This document shows positions 20,337 to 30,398 of a stretch of DNA of 64,000 nt, piece after piece. This DNA comes from an uncultured Gammaproteobacteria bacterium (GTDB lineage Bacteria > Patescibacteriota > Microgenomatia > Levybacterales > GWA1-39-11), in NCBI GenBank assembly GCA_964450885.1, contig CAYVFE010000001.1:65301-129300 (forward strand), in the 5' to 3' direction. The position numbers were made by a program, and so were the translations under genes. Every line of letters starts with the position of its first letter. Within the stretch, counting starts at the first letter, position 1. A model generated the notes under the pieces. That model saw only the letters and a program-made list of their open reading frames with translations, was not told the origin of the DNA and searched no databases.

Positions 20337-22186
20337 ACTTTATACTTTTTACGGATAAGGTCCCTTACAGCAGATCTATTTCCGACGATCTTTCCGTTCT
20401 TAAGTAGCTCATCAGCCAGAAAAAGCCATTTTGTAGCATTTGCTATTGTTGTGGTTTCCGGATTCACATTCTCTTTTGCCTGTCGGCTCATCTCGTGATA
20501 AAGATCGAGATTCGTAAAGAGTTGATAGAGCTTATCTGCGACCTGTTCTGTCTTGCCGACAGGAATCAGAAATCCACTTACTCCATCTATTATCTGCAAA
20601 GGGATTCCTCCTGCCTTATAAGCGACAACCGGCTTTCCTTTCATAAGAGCCTCAGAAACCTTTACCTCAAAGCCCTCTTTGTGAGATAGCTGTAAAACAG
20701 CATGAGACTCACGCACCAAAGCATTTAGTATCTGGTCGACTGATGGAACGCGCATAACCTTAACGTCGGAGGCTATGTCTTTGTAGCTTTCTGAGCGAAG
20801 CAGTTCCATCGTGAGAGTATAGATAGGGATTCCATCAGGATCGTCTATAGAACCGTGACCCACGATCACCAGTTGTGGAATAGTCTTTCCATTTTTCTTA
20901 AGTTTTTCAACCAATATCCTGTACGATTCTATGACATCTGGAATTCCTTTCGAAGGATCGAACCGGGCAACCTGAATGACGTAAGGTCGGGTCTTATCCA
21001 AGGGGGATTGCTGCGTCTCAATAAGCATTTGGTCGAAAAGTTTTAGATAGTAGTCCGAATGACGCGACTTAAGCCGCTTATTTAACCCGTCAAGGGCATC
21101 AGTTGTAGCTGGCATAGTAACTGTCCTTTCAAATGGCACGACTGAGGGAATGAATGCCTCGATAGGGTGGCTTATAAAAAGATCTGCATCTTTTGCATTC
21201 TCCCAGATAAAACTCCACGTTTCATTCTGAGGAGTACCGGGAGTATCTATAAGGTGCGATTCGAGCTGAATATGCGACCTGTAGAGAATTTTAACCTTGG
21301 GATTTACTTTCTTAATATAAGGAATTAACCCTGTTGGCTGAGGATCATCAACAATAACCACGTCGGCATCGATATACACCTTTTCCAAGCGCTGTGCGTT
21401 TTGCTTTATCCATGAGCTATATGTTTCACGGTCAGAATCATTAAGCCTCGTCTCGGGATCAGCAACATTCTGCAAAACATTATGGAATTTTGTTTTTGTC
21501 ACATCGAAAGCTTCTTTTCTGGGATAAAGGACGTGCCAATGTGCATCAACACCAAGTAGATTATACAAACGTATAAGCGCGTGACGCATAATAGCCACGC
21601 CCCCGCCTTGAGGAGTGGCATTGATGAACACGATCTTTTTGCCCGCTAAATTCTTTGCAAGCGTTCTCAACAGTTCATACGCAGGCAAAGGAGTGATATT
21701 GCGATAATCCTCGAGCGTCACAAGCTCTGCAACCTCTACCTCGTTTTTCTTTGTCAAGACAATATTTGCTATCTGGTCTTCACGGAATCTGCCTACGATA
21801 TCCCAGACGCTTTCTTTATGGATAGTACTGGGATCGATAGAATGATTTGAAGGCTTAAAGAAGGGAACGACGTCCTCATTCAACCAAAGATCGGAAATAA
21901 TAGGCTTGAGCCATTTTTCACCCAATATCTCTGCAGCTACAACCTTTACGTTGCTCTCGACAGACCTCTTTTCTATCATGTTAACGAGGATATTTTTTAC
22001 ATTCCTTTCTCTTTTTATATCTGTGTGAAATATGATCTTTTTATCACCGAGCTCGGAGATGTTCAAAGTAGAGTGGTTGACCCATATCTTGAGGTATGAG
22101 GATATCGGAATATCTAATTTTTCGATCCTGCGTCTGGTTGATAAAAAGCGTTGAGCAAAATTTGGGACTGAAGAGAAAGAAACCAT
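20333..22186 (-). CDS. glycosyltransferase family 4 (GT-B) with N-terminal extension (trehalose-synthase-like?)
   Basis: 617 aa. C-terminal GT4 signature (EGFEVKVSEALMKGKPVVAYKAGGIP). Confidence 0.6.
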   Translation of the reverse strand: MVSFSSVPNFAQRFLSTRRRIEKLDIPISSYLKIWVNHSTLNISELGDKKIIFHTDIKRERNVKNILVNMIEKRSVESNVKVVAAEILGEKWLKPIISDLWLNEDVVPFFKPSNHSIDPSTIHKESVWDIVGRFREDQIANIVLTKKNEVEVAELVTLEDYRNITPLPAYELLRTLAKNLAGKKIVFINATPQGGGVAIMRHALIRLYNLLGVDAHWHVLYPRKEAFDVTKTKFHNVLQNVADPETRLNDSDRETYSSWIKQNAQRLEKVYIDADVVIVDDPQPTGLIPYIKKVNPKVKILYRSHIQLESHLIDTPGTPQNETWSFIWENAKDADLFISHPIEAFIPSVVPFERTVTMPATTDALDGLNKRLKSRHSDYYLKLFDQMLIETQQSPLDKTRPYVIQVARFDPSKGIPDVIESYRILVEKLKKNGKTIPQLVIVGHGSIDDPDGIPIYTLTMELLRSESYKDIASDVKVMRVPSVDQILNALVRESHAVLQLSHKEGFEVKVSEALMKGKPVVAYKAGGIPLQIIDGVSGFLIPVGKTEQVADKLYQLFTNLDLYHEMSRQAKENVNPETTTIANATKWLFLADELLKNGKIVGNRSAVRDLIRKKYKV

Positions 22187-22340
22187 GCTATGCGATTATT
22201 TTAACCTCCCTTTTCTTAAGCATGCGTACATTGTAGTAAAGAAGATGTATAAATTCAACACTCCATATGAGTAGTTTTGCGACCCTCAAACCAAAGTAAT
22301 AACCATGACCAATTCTTTGTCAGACCTAACTAGTGTTTTA

Positions 22341-22664
22341 CTATTTTCTTTTTCTAACGACCCTTTCCTCTGAACGATATGCAATTATATCTACCACCTC
22401 AACTATCAGATAGCCAATAAACGCGTAGACTATGACCGCAAATATCGCTGGAAAATCAACTATGAATCCGCCCTCAAGTCTTGTGACAGGAAATATTCCT
22501 GCAAAAGGCGCGAGAAGTGAATCTGATGATTCATATATCCACTGCACAAATGGCGTACTGGGATTTGCTCCGAAAAAACGTAACAAAATCCTAAGCCCCA
22601 GCAGAAAACCGATCACAGTAAATACAAAATTTACAAGGAAAAAAATAATACGCGACATTGCCAT
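22341..22664 (-). CDS. YggT family membrane protein
   Basis: 107 aa with two TM segments and the YggT pattern. Confidence 0.55.
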   Translation of the reverse strand: MAMSRIIFFLVNFVFTVIGFLLGLRILLRFFGANPSTPFVQWIYESSDSLLAPFAGIFPVTRLEGGFIVDFPAIFAVIVYAFIGYLIVEVVDIIAYRSEERVVRKRK

Positions 22665-22757
22665 ATATATTCACCTCCTTCCAATCGCACTATAGTCATT
22701 ATTACCGAAACTGGCTGTAATCTGCAATACAACTTACACTATTATTACAATCTAAAT

Positions 22758-24227
22758 TTAACTGCCGCACTTGATTTGTTTCGTCGACGAAAATGGTGAG
22801 AACTGATCACTTCCTGCATTTAGGTTGGTCAAATTTGCATATGCATAACGGGTATAGTATATAGTTCCGTTTATCATAGATGTATTTACGGCTAAATTTC
22901 CCCCAGATGAATTCTGCGTGGAGTTTGCGACCTGTATTCCGCCGTTTGATGTTCCTATCTGATACCAGTAGGATTTTGCACCCGAGACCCCATCAAAAGT
23001 TATAGTAGCATTCCAGCTCGAACCTGATTCGTTACCACAGGAAACTCCTATAGATCCACTGGGCGCACTCAGCGTCACTCCCGAATTAAGTGTAAATTGC
23101 ACACTAGTAGCAGGGGCTGCAAGCGATTGCATCGACGACGTTGCTACGTCCCTGTCAGAACCGTCACTTTGTCTTTGCTTTAGGACTGCGACCAGGTCGT
23201 ACCATGTCGAATGTGCAGGCTTTCCCCATTGCCACGTTGCACCGTCTACGGGAGTTATATTATCCACTGCCACCTGATAACTTGAAGAGTTGTAGGCTTT
23301 TTGTAGAACTACGATCCTCGAATTTGCCGGTGCAACACCATTAAACTTTATACTTCCCGAAATTACAGCTTTTTGAGGTATAGGGGTAGGCGTTGATGTA
23401 ACCTGGGTTTGCGATGTGTTAGGTGCTGGTGTAGTAGTAGGAAGTGGAGTAGGAGTAAAAGGTGCTATAGCCGTAGAATTTATGATCAAAGTCTCATTGA
23501 CCGCAGGCGCAGTAACCGTAAGAGTCGAGGAAGTGCCCAGTATAGTTGACTGATCTTTTGCAAAAAGGGTGCCGACCACCTCATATGTGACTCCTCCAAT
23601 AGCATTCGCGTAGCTTAAAAACTGTCTCGGCTGCCCTGGCAAATTTTTAGCGATATCCTCAAACTGCGCCTCTCCTAAAGACCTTCCCCTGACTGAAATA
23701 ACCGCACCATCTGGGATGTATCCATTTACAAGAATATTTCCAGAAATGACAGCATTTTGTTGCTGAACAGGCGCCTGAGACTCGATGTTTAGAGTCAGCA
23801 TCTCCCGCCTTGCTGGGACTGTCGCAACCACAGGACTTGAATACGAAACCTCCTGCCCATCTACAACAAGCTTTGCTTGAATCTCGTATGATTCTCCCAC
23901 GATAGCTTCATCGAAATTCCACCTGTCGCCATCATTTGGGACAAGTCCTGTTATAAAATCCTCTGGCTTACTACTGGATCCAGAGATTTTTTGAGAAAGT
24001 GAGATAGTAGCGCCTTCGGGAACTACGCCATTAATATCCAATGTTCCACTAAGCTGCCCCAAGCTTTTTCCAGAAATATTACTATCGGGAAGGGTCACAG
24101 GGTCTTTCTTGCCGAAAATCAAAAAACCTATGGCACTGACAAGAATTATTATCGCGCTAACCAAAAGGACTATGACTATTTTCGTGGGAAACGGCTTGCG
24201 TATATCAGCAGGAGTATTACTGTTCAT
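22758..24227 (-). CDS. cell-surface protein with three tandem Ig-like repeats and Thr/Pro-rich linker
   Basis: N-terminal TM anchor. Repeats LSGTLDINGVVPEGATISL / ISGNILVNGYIPDGAVISV / ISGSIKFNGVAPANSRIVV. TPTPLPTTTPAPN linker. Confidence 0.5.
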   Translation of the reverse strand: MNSNTPADIRKPFPTKIVIVLLVSAIIILVSAIGFLIFGKKDPVTLPDSNISGKSLGQLSGTLDINGVVPEGATISLSQKISGSSSKPEDFITGLVPNDGDRWNFDEAIVGESYEIQAKLVVDGQEVSYSSPVVATVPARREMLTLNIESQAPVQQQNAVISGNILVNGYIPDGAVISVRGRSLGEAQFEDIAKNLPGQPRQFLSYANAIGGVTYEVVGTLFAKDQSTILGTSSTLTVTAPAVNETLIINSTAIAPFTPTPLPTTTPAPNTSQTQVTSTPTPIPQKAVISGSIKFNGVAPANSRIVVLQKAYNSSSYQVAVDNITPVDGATWQWGKPAHSTWYDLVAVLKQRQSDGSDRDVATSSMQSLAAPATSVQFTLNSGVTLSAPSGSIGVSCGNESGSSWNATITFDGVSGAKSYWYQIGTSNGGIQVANSTQNSSGGNLAVNTSMINGTIYYTRYAYANLTNLNAGSDQFSPFSSTKQIKCGS

Positions 24228-24278
24228 AAAAGTCCTGCCTAGCTATTTATAGCACACAAATTTCTCCAAAAGCCATTT

Positions 24279-25022
24279 TTATATATAAAAGATAGGTAGT
24301 TTTTTGTTAACGCCAATCTTTGTTCTATTTATCGAAAATGTGACAGCGCCAGCTCCTGTGAACTGTCCCAGGCGGTGAACCAAAGACCTGACGTATCCAC
24401 CGGAGGAACATGTGAGCCCAAACCTTAGAACCTGAAAATCCTGATCCAAATCTAAAAGAAGCTTTTTCCATCCATTTAGAATTTCCTCCTGCCTAAAATC
24501 CCCAGTCACGGTGGCTATTTTTGAAGATACTATTTTCCCCAACCTCCTGCTGCTGATCAAGTCTTGTCCGTTAAGCTCGAGCTTTGATATATTTATTATT
24601 TTTTTTGGAGCAATAACTTTTTTATTTCTTCTTGCCCACCAGTAAAGAGGTTTTCCATCAACTTTTATCGACGAGTATGGGGGATACTCCTGAACTACTT
24701 CCCCCAGGCTATTGGCAACAAATTCGCTTATCTTATCCGTATCGACCTTATCTAAATTACCCAGCTTTGGGATTCCTAGCAGATCATATGTATCCGATTC
24801 TATGCCCAATAACGCCTCAAATTCATATTCCTTATCAAAGTGCTCAAGCTTGCGCCTATCTTTGTTCTCATCGTCAATCAAGATGAGAAGCAATCCCTCC
24901 GCCATCGGATCCAGTCTTCCGGCATAGGAAAGCTTCTTATCTGTAAATTCGGGATACATAGCCTTTAGCTTTTCGACTGCTTGCAGGGGGGTTAAGCCAA
25001 AAGGTTTATGCAGATAAATCAT
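24279..25022 (-). CDS. truB: tRNA pseudouridine(55) synthase
   Basis: KPFGLTPLQ...GRLDPMAEGLL catalytic-Asp motif. Start moved to the internal ATG (MIYLHKPFG); the track ORF extends to 25094. Confidence 0.8.
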   Translation of the reverse strand: MIYLHKPFGLTPLQAVEKLKAMYPEFTDKKLSYAGRLDPMAEGLLLILIDDENKDRRKLEHFDKEYEFEALLGIESDTYDLLGIPKLGNLDKVDTDKISEFVANSLGEVVQEYPPYSSIKVDGKPLYWWARRNKKVIAPKKIINISKLELNGQDLISSRRLGKIVSSKIATVTGDFRQEEILNGWKKLLLDLDQDFQVLRFGLTCSSGGYVRSLVHRLGQFTGAGAVTFSINRTKIGVNKKLPIFYI

Positions 25023-25081
25023 AGGTAGGATTCTACCACAAAGCTTTTGTTTTAGGTCAAATAAGACTATAATACACATAC

Positions 25082-26074
25082 ATGATAAGTGCATTTATTA
25101 CATACCTCGTTAAAAACCAGTTCGTCGCCGGAATACTATTTCTAGCTTTTGCCTGGTTACTTTTTCAAGTAAAAGAAATTATCATCGCGCTTTTCGCCTC
25201 CTATATAATAATGGCAGCCCTAAAACCCGCCGTCATATGGATGCAGTACAAGAATGTTCCCAGGGTAGCTGCAATAACGGTCTCTTATCTTTCTGTGCTT
25301 CTCCTTCTCGTGCTTCTTATCTTCCCGCTTGTTCCTTTTTTTACAGAACAGGTAAATAAGCTGCTTCTTAACTTTCCTACTTTTGTAAACAATGCAGCAC
25401 AGGCTTTCGGACTTGAAATAGACGAAGGAAGCATCTCCCAGGTCTTTCCTGTAGAGGGAGTGGGGCAAAACCTATTCGCTTTTGCCGGTGGCGTGTTCGG
25501 AGGGCTGTTCTCGATTATCGCTGCTTTTGTAATAAGCATCTATATGCTTGTCGAATACACATCGATAAGAGAAGGCCTCTTGGACTTTTTCCCCAAAAAT
25601 AAACGCGCCAAGGTAGGATCCATTGTCGACCAAATAGAGGATAAGCTTGGAGCCTGGTTCAGAGGACAAATAGTCCTGTCTATCTTCATCGGCATAGTCA
25701 CCTGGATCGCACTTACTGCTCTGCAGCTTGGGCAGTATGCGCTACCCCTCGCGGTGCTTGCCGGGATGCTTGAAATCGTGCCCACAGTAGGACCGATCCT
25801 TGCAGCAATTCCAGCTGTCATCATCGGGCTTAGCATCTCTCCTACACTTGCACTAATTCTTGTTCTGGTCTATGTAGGGATACAAATTCTGGAAAACAAT
25901 ATCCTTGTTCCTAGAATCATGCAAAGAGCAGTTGGTCTTAGTCCCATTGTCGTAATCCTGGGAATAACTATCGGGAGTAAATTCTTCGGCATTGCCGGAG
26001 CACTGCTTTCCATCCCTTTTATATCGCTTTTGATAGTCATATATAAGAACGTAAGGGAAGAAAAAGCCGACTAA
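25082..26074 (+). CDS. AI-2E family transporter (UPF0118/PerM-like)
   Basis: 330 aa, 7-8 TM, with the C-terminal LVPRIMQRAVGLSP pattern. Confidence 0.7.
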   Translation: MISAFITYLVKNQFVAGILFLAFAWLLFQVKEIIIALFASYIIMAALKPAVIWMQYKNVPRVAAITVSYLSVLLLLVLLIFPLVPFFTEQVNKLLLNFPTFVNNAAQAFGLEIDEGSISQVFPVEGVGQNLFAFAGGVFGGLFSIIAAFVISIYMLVEYTSIREGLLDFFPKNKRAKVGSIVDQIEDKLGAWFRGQIVLSIFIGIVTWIALTALQLGQYALPLAVLAGMLEIVPTVGPILAAIPAVIIGLSISPTLALILVLVYVGIQILENNILVPRIMQRAVGLSPIVVILGITIGSKFFGIAGALLSIPFISLLIVIYKNVREEKAD

Positions 26075-26089
26075 CTACTTGACAAAAAG

Positions 26090-26098
26090 TTATCCACA
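26090..26098 (+). promoter_or_regulatory. consensus DnaA box TTATCCACA upstream of dnaA
   Basis: Exact 9-mer 62 nt upstream of the dnaA start codon. Confidence 0.6.
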
Positions 26099-26159
26099 TT
26101 CCTATACTGCATACTACTGCTTATTGTGTTAGTATGGTTATCCTGCCAGAGAATAAATC

Positions 26160-27497
26160 ATGGAAGAATTATGGAAATCTATTCTTGCTGAAATTGAAGT
26201 ACAAGTAAGCAAGCCTCAATATATCACCTTTTTTAAAGGAACTAGTCTTGTTTCTCTTGAAAATTCCATCGCCACGATCTCTTCGCCAACACATATGACG
26301 GCAGACTATATAGAAAAAAGATACTATTCGATCATAAAGCAGTCTCTTGATAAAAAGACCGGTGAAAATATTAGTCTGGTATTTGTAACAAAAAGACAAA
26401 CGACCCCACAAGCAGAGGAGACAGGTCCGCTTTTCACACCTATAAAACGCAGCGCTGCCATAGACAGGCCACTGAGAATCAGAGAGGACTATACCTTCGA
26501 CAACCTAGCAGTCTCCGAGAGCAATCAGCTCGCGTATACCGCAGCATCCGCTGTCGCGCTGGAACCAGGAACAAAATACAATCCACTGTATCTTTACGGA
26601 ACGGTAGGAGTTGGAAAAACCCATCTTATGAATGCCATCGCAAATGATCTTTTCGAAAAAAACCCCAAGGCAAAAATTATCTACATGACAACTGAGGAAT
26701 TCACAAATGATATAGTAGAATCCATCCGCGACAAACAAACCACCCAGATGAGAAAGCGCTTCAGAAACGTCGACCTGTTGCTTCTTGACGATATACAATT
26801 CCTAAGTGGAAAAGAAAAGGTCCAGGAAGAACTCTTTCATACATTTAACACCCTGATAGACAACAAGAAACAGGTCGTCTTTTCATCAGACAGGCCACCT
26901 CACGAAATAAAAAAGATAGAGGCGCGTCTCGCTTCGCGACTCGAAGGAGGACTTAAGATCGATATTCAAGCACCAGATTTTGAACTCAGAACAGCAATAC
27001 TCCTTTTAAAGGCCGAAAAGTATAAGATAAAATTGCCTGTAGAGCTTGCAAAGCGCGCGGCAGAAAAGATAGAGGATGCAAGAGGACTTGAGGGATTTGT
27101 GTTCAAAATATCCGGACTTTTGGAGATATCTGGTGAAGCAGAAGTCACACAGAACCTTATCGACAAGGCAATAGGGCTCAAAAAGGAAGAGAGGAAAAGA
27201 ATCCATCCCGACGACGTGATAAATATAATATGCGATTACTTTGGTATCAAACCCACGCAGCTTAAGGGCAACAAAAGAACGTCAAGTCTCGTACAGGCAC
27301 GCCATATCTGTATGTATTTTCTCAAGGAAGAACTGGGGCTAACCTATGTCGATGTAGGAAATATCCTGGGTGGAAGAGATCACACAACGGTCATGCATGG
27401 TGTGGAAAAGATACGACTTTTTACCCTAGACAAGGATCGGGAACATGGGGAAATCGCGTATATAAAAAAGCAACTAAAGGAGTCTTTTTCACAATGA
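26160..27497 (+). CDS. dnaA: chromosomal replication initiator DnaA
   Basis: AAA+ Walker A (GTVGVGKTHLMNAIAN), domain IV HTH (LGGRDHTTVMHG). Confidence 0.9.
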   Translation: MEELWKSILAEIEVQVSKPQYITFFKGTSLVSLENSIATISSPTHMTADYIEKRYYSIIKQSLDKKTGENISLVFVTKRQTTPQAEETGPLFTPIKRSAAIDRPLRIREDYTFDNLAVSESNQLAYTAASAVALEPGTKYNPLYLYGTVGVGKTHLMNAIANDLFEKNPKAKIIYMTTEEFTNDIVESIRDKQTTQMRKRFRNVDLLLLDDIQFLSGKEKVQEELFHTFNTLIDNKKQVVFSSDRPPHEIKKIEARLASRLEGGLKIDIQAPDFELRTAILLLKAEKYKIKLPVELAKRAAEKIEDARGLEGFVFKISGLLEISGEAEVTQNLIDKAIGLKKEERKRIHPDDVINIICDYFGIKPTQLKGNKRTSSLVQARHICMYFLKEELGLTYVDVGNILGGRDHTTVMHGVEKIRLFTLDKDREHGEIAYIKKQLKESFSQ

Positions 27498-27627
27498 AAA
27501 CCGTCACATATCGATATCAACAATCTTTTCACAATTATTTCCACAGCTTTTCAACAGTTTTTCACGCTCACGTTATTGCGTCTATCCACTTGTCCACCTA
27601 TACTACTACTAATACTATTAAATATAT
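27498..27627. promoter_or_regulatory. candidate oriC segment (DnaA-box-like motifs plus AT-rich unwinding stretch)
   Basis: CTATCCACT, TTGTCCACC, ATTTCCACA, then TACTACTACTAATACTATTAAATATATATG immediately before dnaN. Confidence 0.4.
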
Positions 27628-28722
27628 ATGGAAGTAGAGCTATTAACAGAAAACATAGAAAAGTATTTGTCTACTCTTGTAAAGATACTACCAACTAATT
27701 CTCAAGTACCAGTTCTTTCAAATATTCTGCTTGAAGCAAATGATGAAGGGTTTTATATCAAAGCAACGGATCTTGAGATAGGGATAATAATAAAAATTCC
27801 AGCAAAAATAAATAAAAAAGGTGCGCTTACTGTACCTGGTAAGCAGTTTATTGAAGCTGTTACGAATTTGCCCAAAGACAGGATCTTGATGTCTGAGGAT
27901 AAGGAAAAGCTTAGGATATCGATAAGAGAAAGTAAGTTGTCTTTTCAGACGCTTAGCTCTATGGAGTTTCCGGAGCTCATGAAGAAAAAAGGTGAGAAGA
28001 TCATTTCTTTGAAAAAAGAGGTGTTTGATAAGCTTTTTGACCATCTATCCTTCTCGGCGTCAACGGATGACATAAGACCCCATTTAACGGGCGTATACAT
28101 AGTGAAAAACGGGAGGCTGGTTGACATGGTAACGACCGATGGATACAGATTAACGGTAAAGTCCGCAGACAGCGACAATATGTCAAAGATTGAAGAGCCG
28201 ATTATAATATCTATTCAAGTAATAAGTGAGGCTATGGGTATAAAATCTGCGAACATCGATATGTATGTTAATGTGGAAGAGAGCCAAGTAGTATTTGAGG
28301 GTGGAGACATTATATTGATCGGGAGGCTTATTGATGGCAAATTTCCGCCATATGACAAGGTTATGCCTCAGGATACATCTACAAAAGCAACGGTTGATAG
28401 GGAAGAGTTTATTCAGAATGTAAGACTTGCAAGCGTGTTTGCAAAAGATCAGTCAAATGTAGTGGGGATCGAGATAAAAGGATCAGAGTTAAAGCTTAGT
28501 GCAAAAACCTCCGGGGTCGGTGAGGGAGAATTTGTAACGGATTGCGAGAAAGAAGGGGACGATAACACAATCGCTTTCAATATCCGCTATCTTATGGACG
28601 CGTTAAAAAATTTTGAAGGAAAAAAAATAACACTCGGGGTAAATGGCCCAACTCAGCCAGCGCTTCTAACTGACGATAAGAACTCCTTTAAACACGTCAT
28701 AATGCCGATAAAAACTGACTAG
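27628..28722 (+). CDS. dnaN: DNA polymerase III beta sliding clamp
   Basis: 364 aa, three-domain clamp pattern. Sits directly after dnaA. Confidence 0.85.
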   Translation: MEVELLTENIEKYLSTLVKILPTNSQVPVLSNILLEANDEGFYIKATDLEIGIIIKIPAKINKKGALTVPGKQFIEAVTNLPKDRILMSEDKEKLRISIRESKLSFQTLSSMEFPELMKKKGEKIISLKKEVFDKLFDHLSFSASTDDIRPHLTGVYIVKNGRLVDMVTTDGYRLTVKSADSDNMSKIEEPIIISIQVISEAMGIKSANIDMYVNVEESQVVFEGGDIILIGRLIDGKFPPYDKVMPQDTSTKATVDREEFIQNVRLASVFAKDQSNVVGIEIKGSELKLSAKTSGVGEGEFVTDCEKEGDDNTIAFNIRYLMDALKNFEGKKITLGVNGPTQPALLTDDKNSFKHVIMPIKTD

Positions 28723-29243
28723 GGGTGGGCGTGATTTAACTCTTCAGGGGAAAGAGTTGGAATAGAGGTGACGATTGAATAAGTATATGGTCTTAATAGG
28801 CGCTTTCCAGAAACGGAGCTCGTTGCTTGAAGAAGTGTTATGTATGTTCTTCCGTTTGCCCACAAGGTTTTAGGGATAATAAAAACCTGATTATTGTTGG
28901 ATCCCCTAATAACATTGACTTCTGTAGGGGGTGAAATTTCAATAGTTAGGTCTTCTGGTAGTATTTCGTCATTGAATTGGAGTGTGACTTTTTGAATAGG
29001 AAGAAATGACGCATCCGAGTCTTCTGCTGGAAGCTCTGATACAACAATTAATTCGTTTTCTCCCGGGGTAGTAGAGGGAACGAGTGTTGGTGTCTGAAAG
29101 GGGGTCTGATTTTGAATTGTCGCAGTTCTATTTTGGCGGATATTAATAAGAAAAATAAGCATAAAAATAACACTTACAATAATAAGAGCTGCTATAATTA
29201 ATAAAACCATTGTTTTTCTATCCATAATACTTATCCTACGCAA
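28719..29243 (-). CDS. membrane-anchored hypothetical protein (T4SS-like locus, distal end)
   Basis: 174 aa, N-terminal TM. Overlaps the upstream gene by 13 nt. Confidence 0.4.
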   Translation of the reverse strand: MRRISIMDRKTMVLLIIAALIIVSVIFMLIFLINIRQNRTATIQNQTPFQTPTLVPSTTPGENELIVVSELPAEDSDASFLPIQKVTLQFNDEILPEDLTIEISPPTEVNVIRGSNNNQVFIIPKTLWANGRTYITLLQATSSVSGKRLLRPYTYSIVTSIPTLSPEELNHAHP

Positions 29244-29824
29244 AAATACAACGGTGCTTCAAGTGGAGTTTCTGATCCATTAGAATTAATCCTCCAAAAT
29301 TCTATATGTGTATGGGGACCGGAGCCGTTACTGCAAGGTTCGATACACATATTTACAGCTATATCTCCTGACTGTTTTGTGCCACCTCCACTACCAGGAA
29401 GAGAGTGGTGAAATCTGATCTTATACTGTTCGCCAGTTTCGGGGTTGGTTCCAGCGTATGCAATATATGAAGTACGCGAATCATTCGGTGTTTCGCTCAA
29501 CCAAGCCCATGTGATTACGTCTCCGTATATAGTAGGTAGGTATACGGGGTCACCTTCTGCTCCACCGATATCTAGCGCATAAGCAAGAGATTCATAACAT
29601 CCCCCATATGCAGAGCAGTAGCTTGCGCTCCCATGTGCACATCCACCCCTAGGATGGTTTCTGCTTCCGCAACTAAGAGGGCCACCAGGGACTGGACAGT
29701 CGGACGCGTTGGTTGTAGGATTCCCGACTCTGGTTCTTACTTCGTTACTTTCAGACTGCTGTTGGGCAATGACAATCGAAGGAAATAGCAAAGCAAGCGA
29801 TAGTATTATCAGTATTTTTCTCAT
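29231..29824 (-). CDS. secreted M23/LytM-like peptidase domain protein
   Basis: Signal peptide. M23 blocks ALDIGGAEGDPVY, KIRFHHSLPG and GPHTHIEF. The first His of HxxxD is replaced by Ala (AYALD). Confidence 0.55.
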   Translation of the reverse strand: MRKILIILSLALLFPSIVIAQQQSESNEVRTRVGNPTTNASDCPVPGGPLSCGSRNHPRGGCAHGSASYCSAYGGCYESLAYALDIGGAEGDPVYLPTIYGDVITWAWLSETPNDSRTSYIAYAGTNPETGEQYKIRFHHSLPGSGGGTKQSGDIAVNMCIEPCSNGSGPHTHIEFWRINSNGSETPLEAPLYFCVG

Positions 29825-29827
29825 TGT

Positions 29828-30394
29828 TTATTGAAGCCATTGCTCGGCCATCTCTCTTTCATAGGCCCTGTCTCCCCACGAGATATAGATTCTTGATGTA
29901 TCTGCTCCCTTTGATTCAAGCCAGTTTAGAACGAGCCCTGCAGCCTCGATAAAAGAATCTCTGTTTAGTTGGTACTGAGGATCGTCATCAGTTGTCCTGT
30001 AATCAACACCAGTGATATAAACTGTCAGTATCCATGGAGTATTCTCCAGTAGGTTGTCAGGAATAGAAATATCAATTAGTAGACCTGTCGATAGCGTATG
30101 GGAGGAAAAGTAGGGGAGGTGCTCCTTGATCTTTTCAAGTTCGGTAATTGACGCCTGTATTGCCTGATCTTCAAGGTCTGCCCCTCCACCTTCCTCGACG
30201 GGTTTTACTGGAATACTTTCAACTTTTTCAGGAAGTTTCTCACCAATATCTCTAATAGGTGAAAGTGTGGGCGTCGGTATGTTGGGCTGAGTAACAGGGG
30301 AGAGGGTTTTTACAATATTTGAAATCATAAAAATAACAAATATAATTCCTAGACAGATTACAATAAAAGCGATTATTAGTTGTTTTTTGCCCAT
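29828..30394 (-). CDS. membrane-anchored hypothetical protein
   Basis: 188 aa, N-terminal TM then an acidic ectodomain. Confidence 0.4.
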   Translation of the reverse strand: MGKKQLIIAFIVICLGIIFVIFMISNIVKTLSPVTQPNIPTPTLSPIRDIGEKLPEKVESIPVKPVEEGGGADLEDQAIQASITELEKIKEHLPYFSSHTLSTGLLIDISIPDNLLENTPWILTVYITGVDYRTTDDDPQYQLNRDSFIEAAGLVLNWLESKGADTSRIYISWGDRAYEREMAEQWLQ

Positions 30395-30398
30395 ATTA

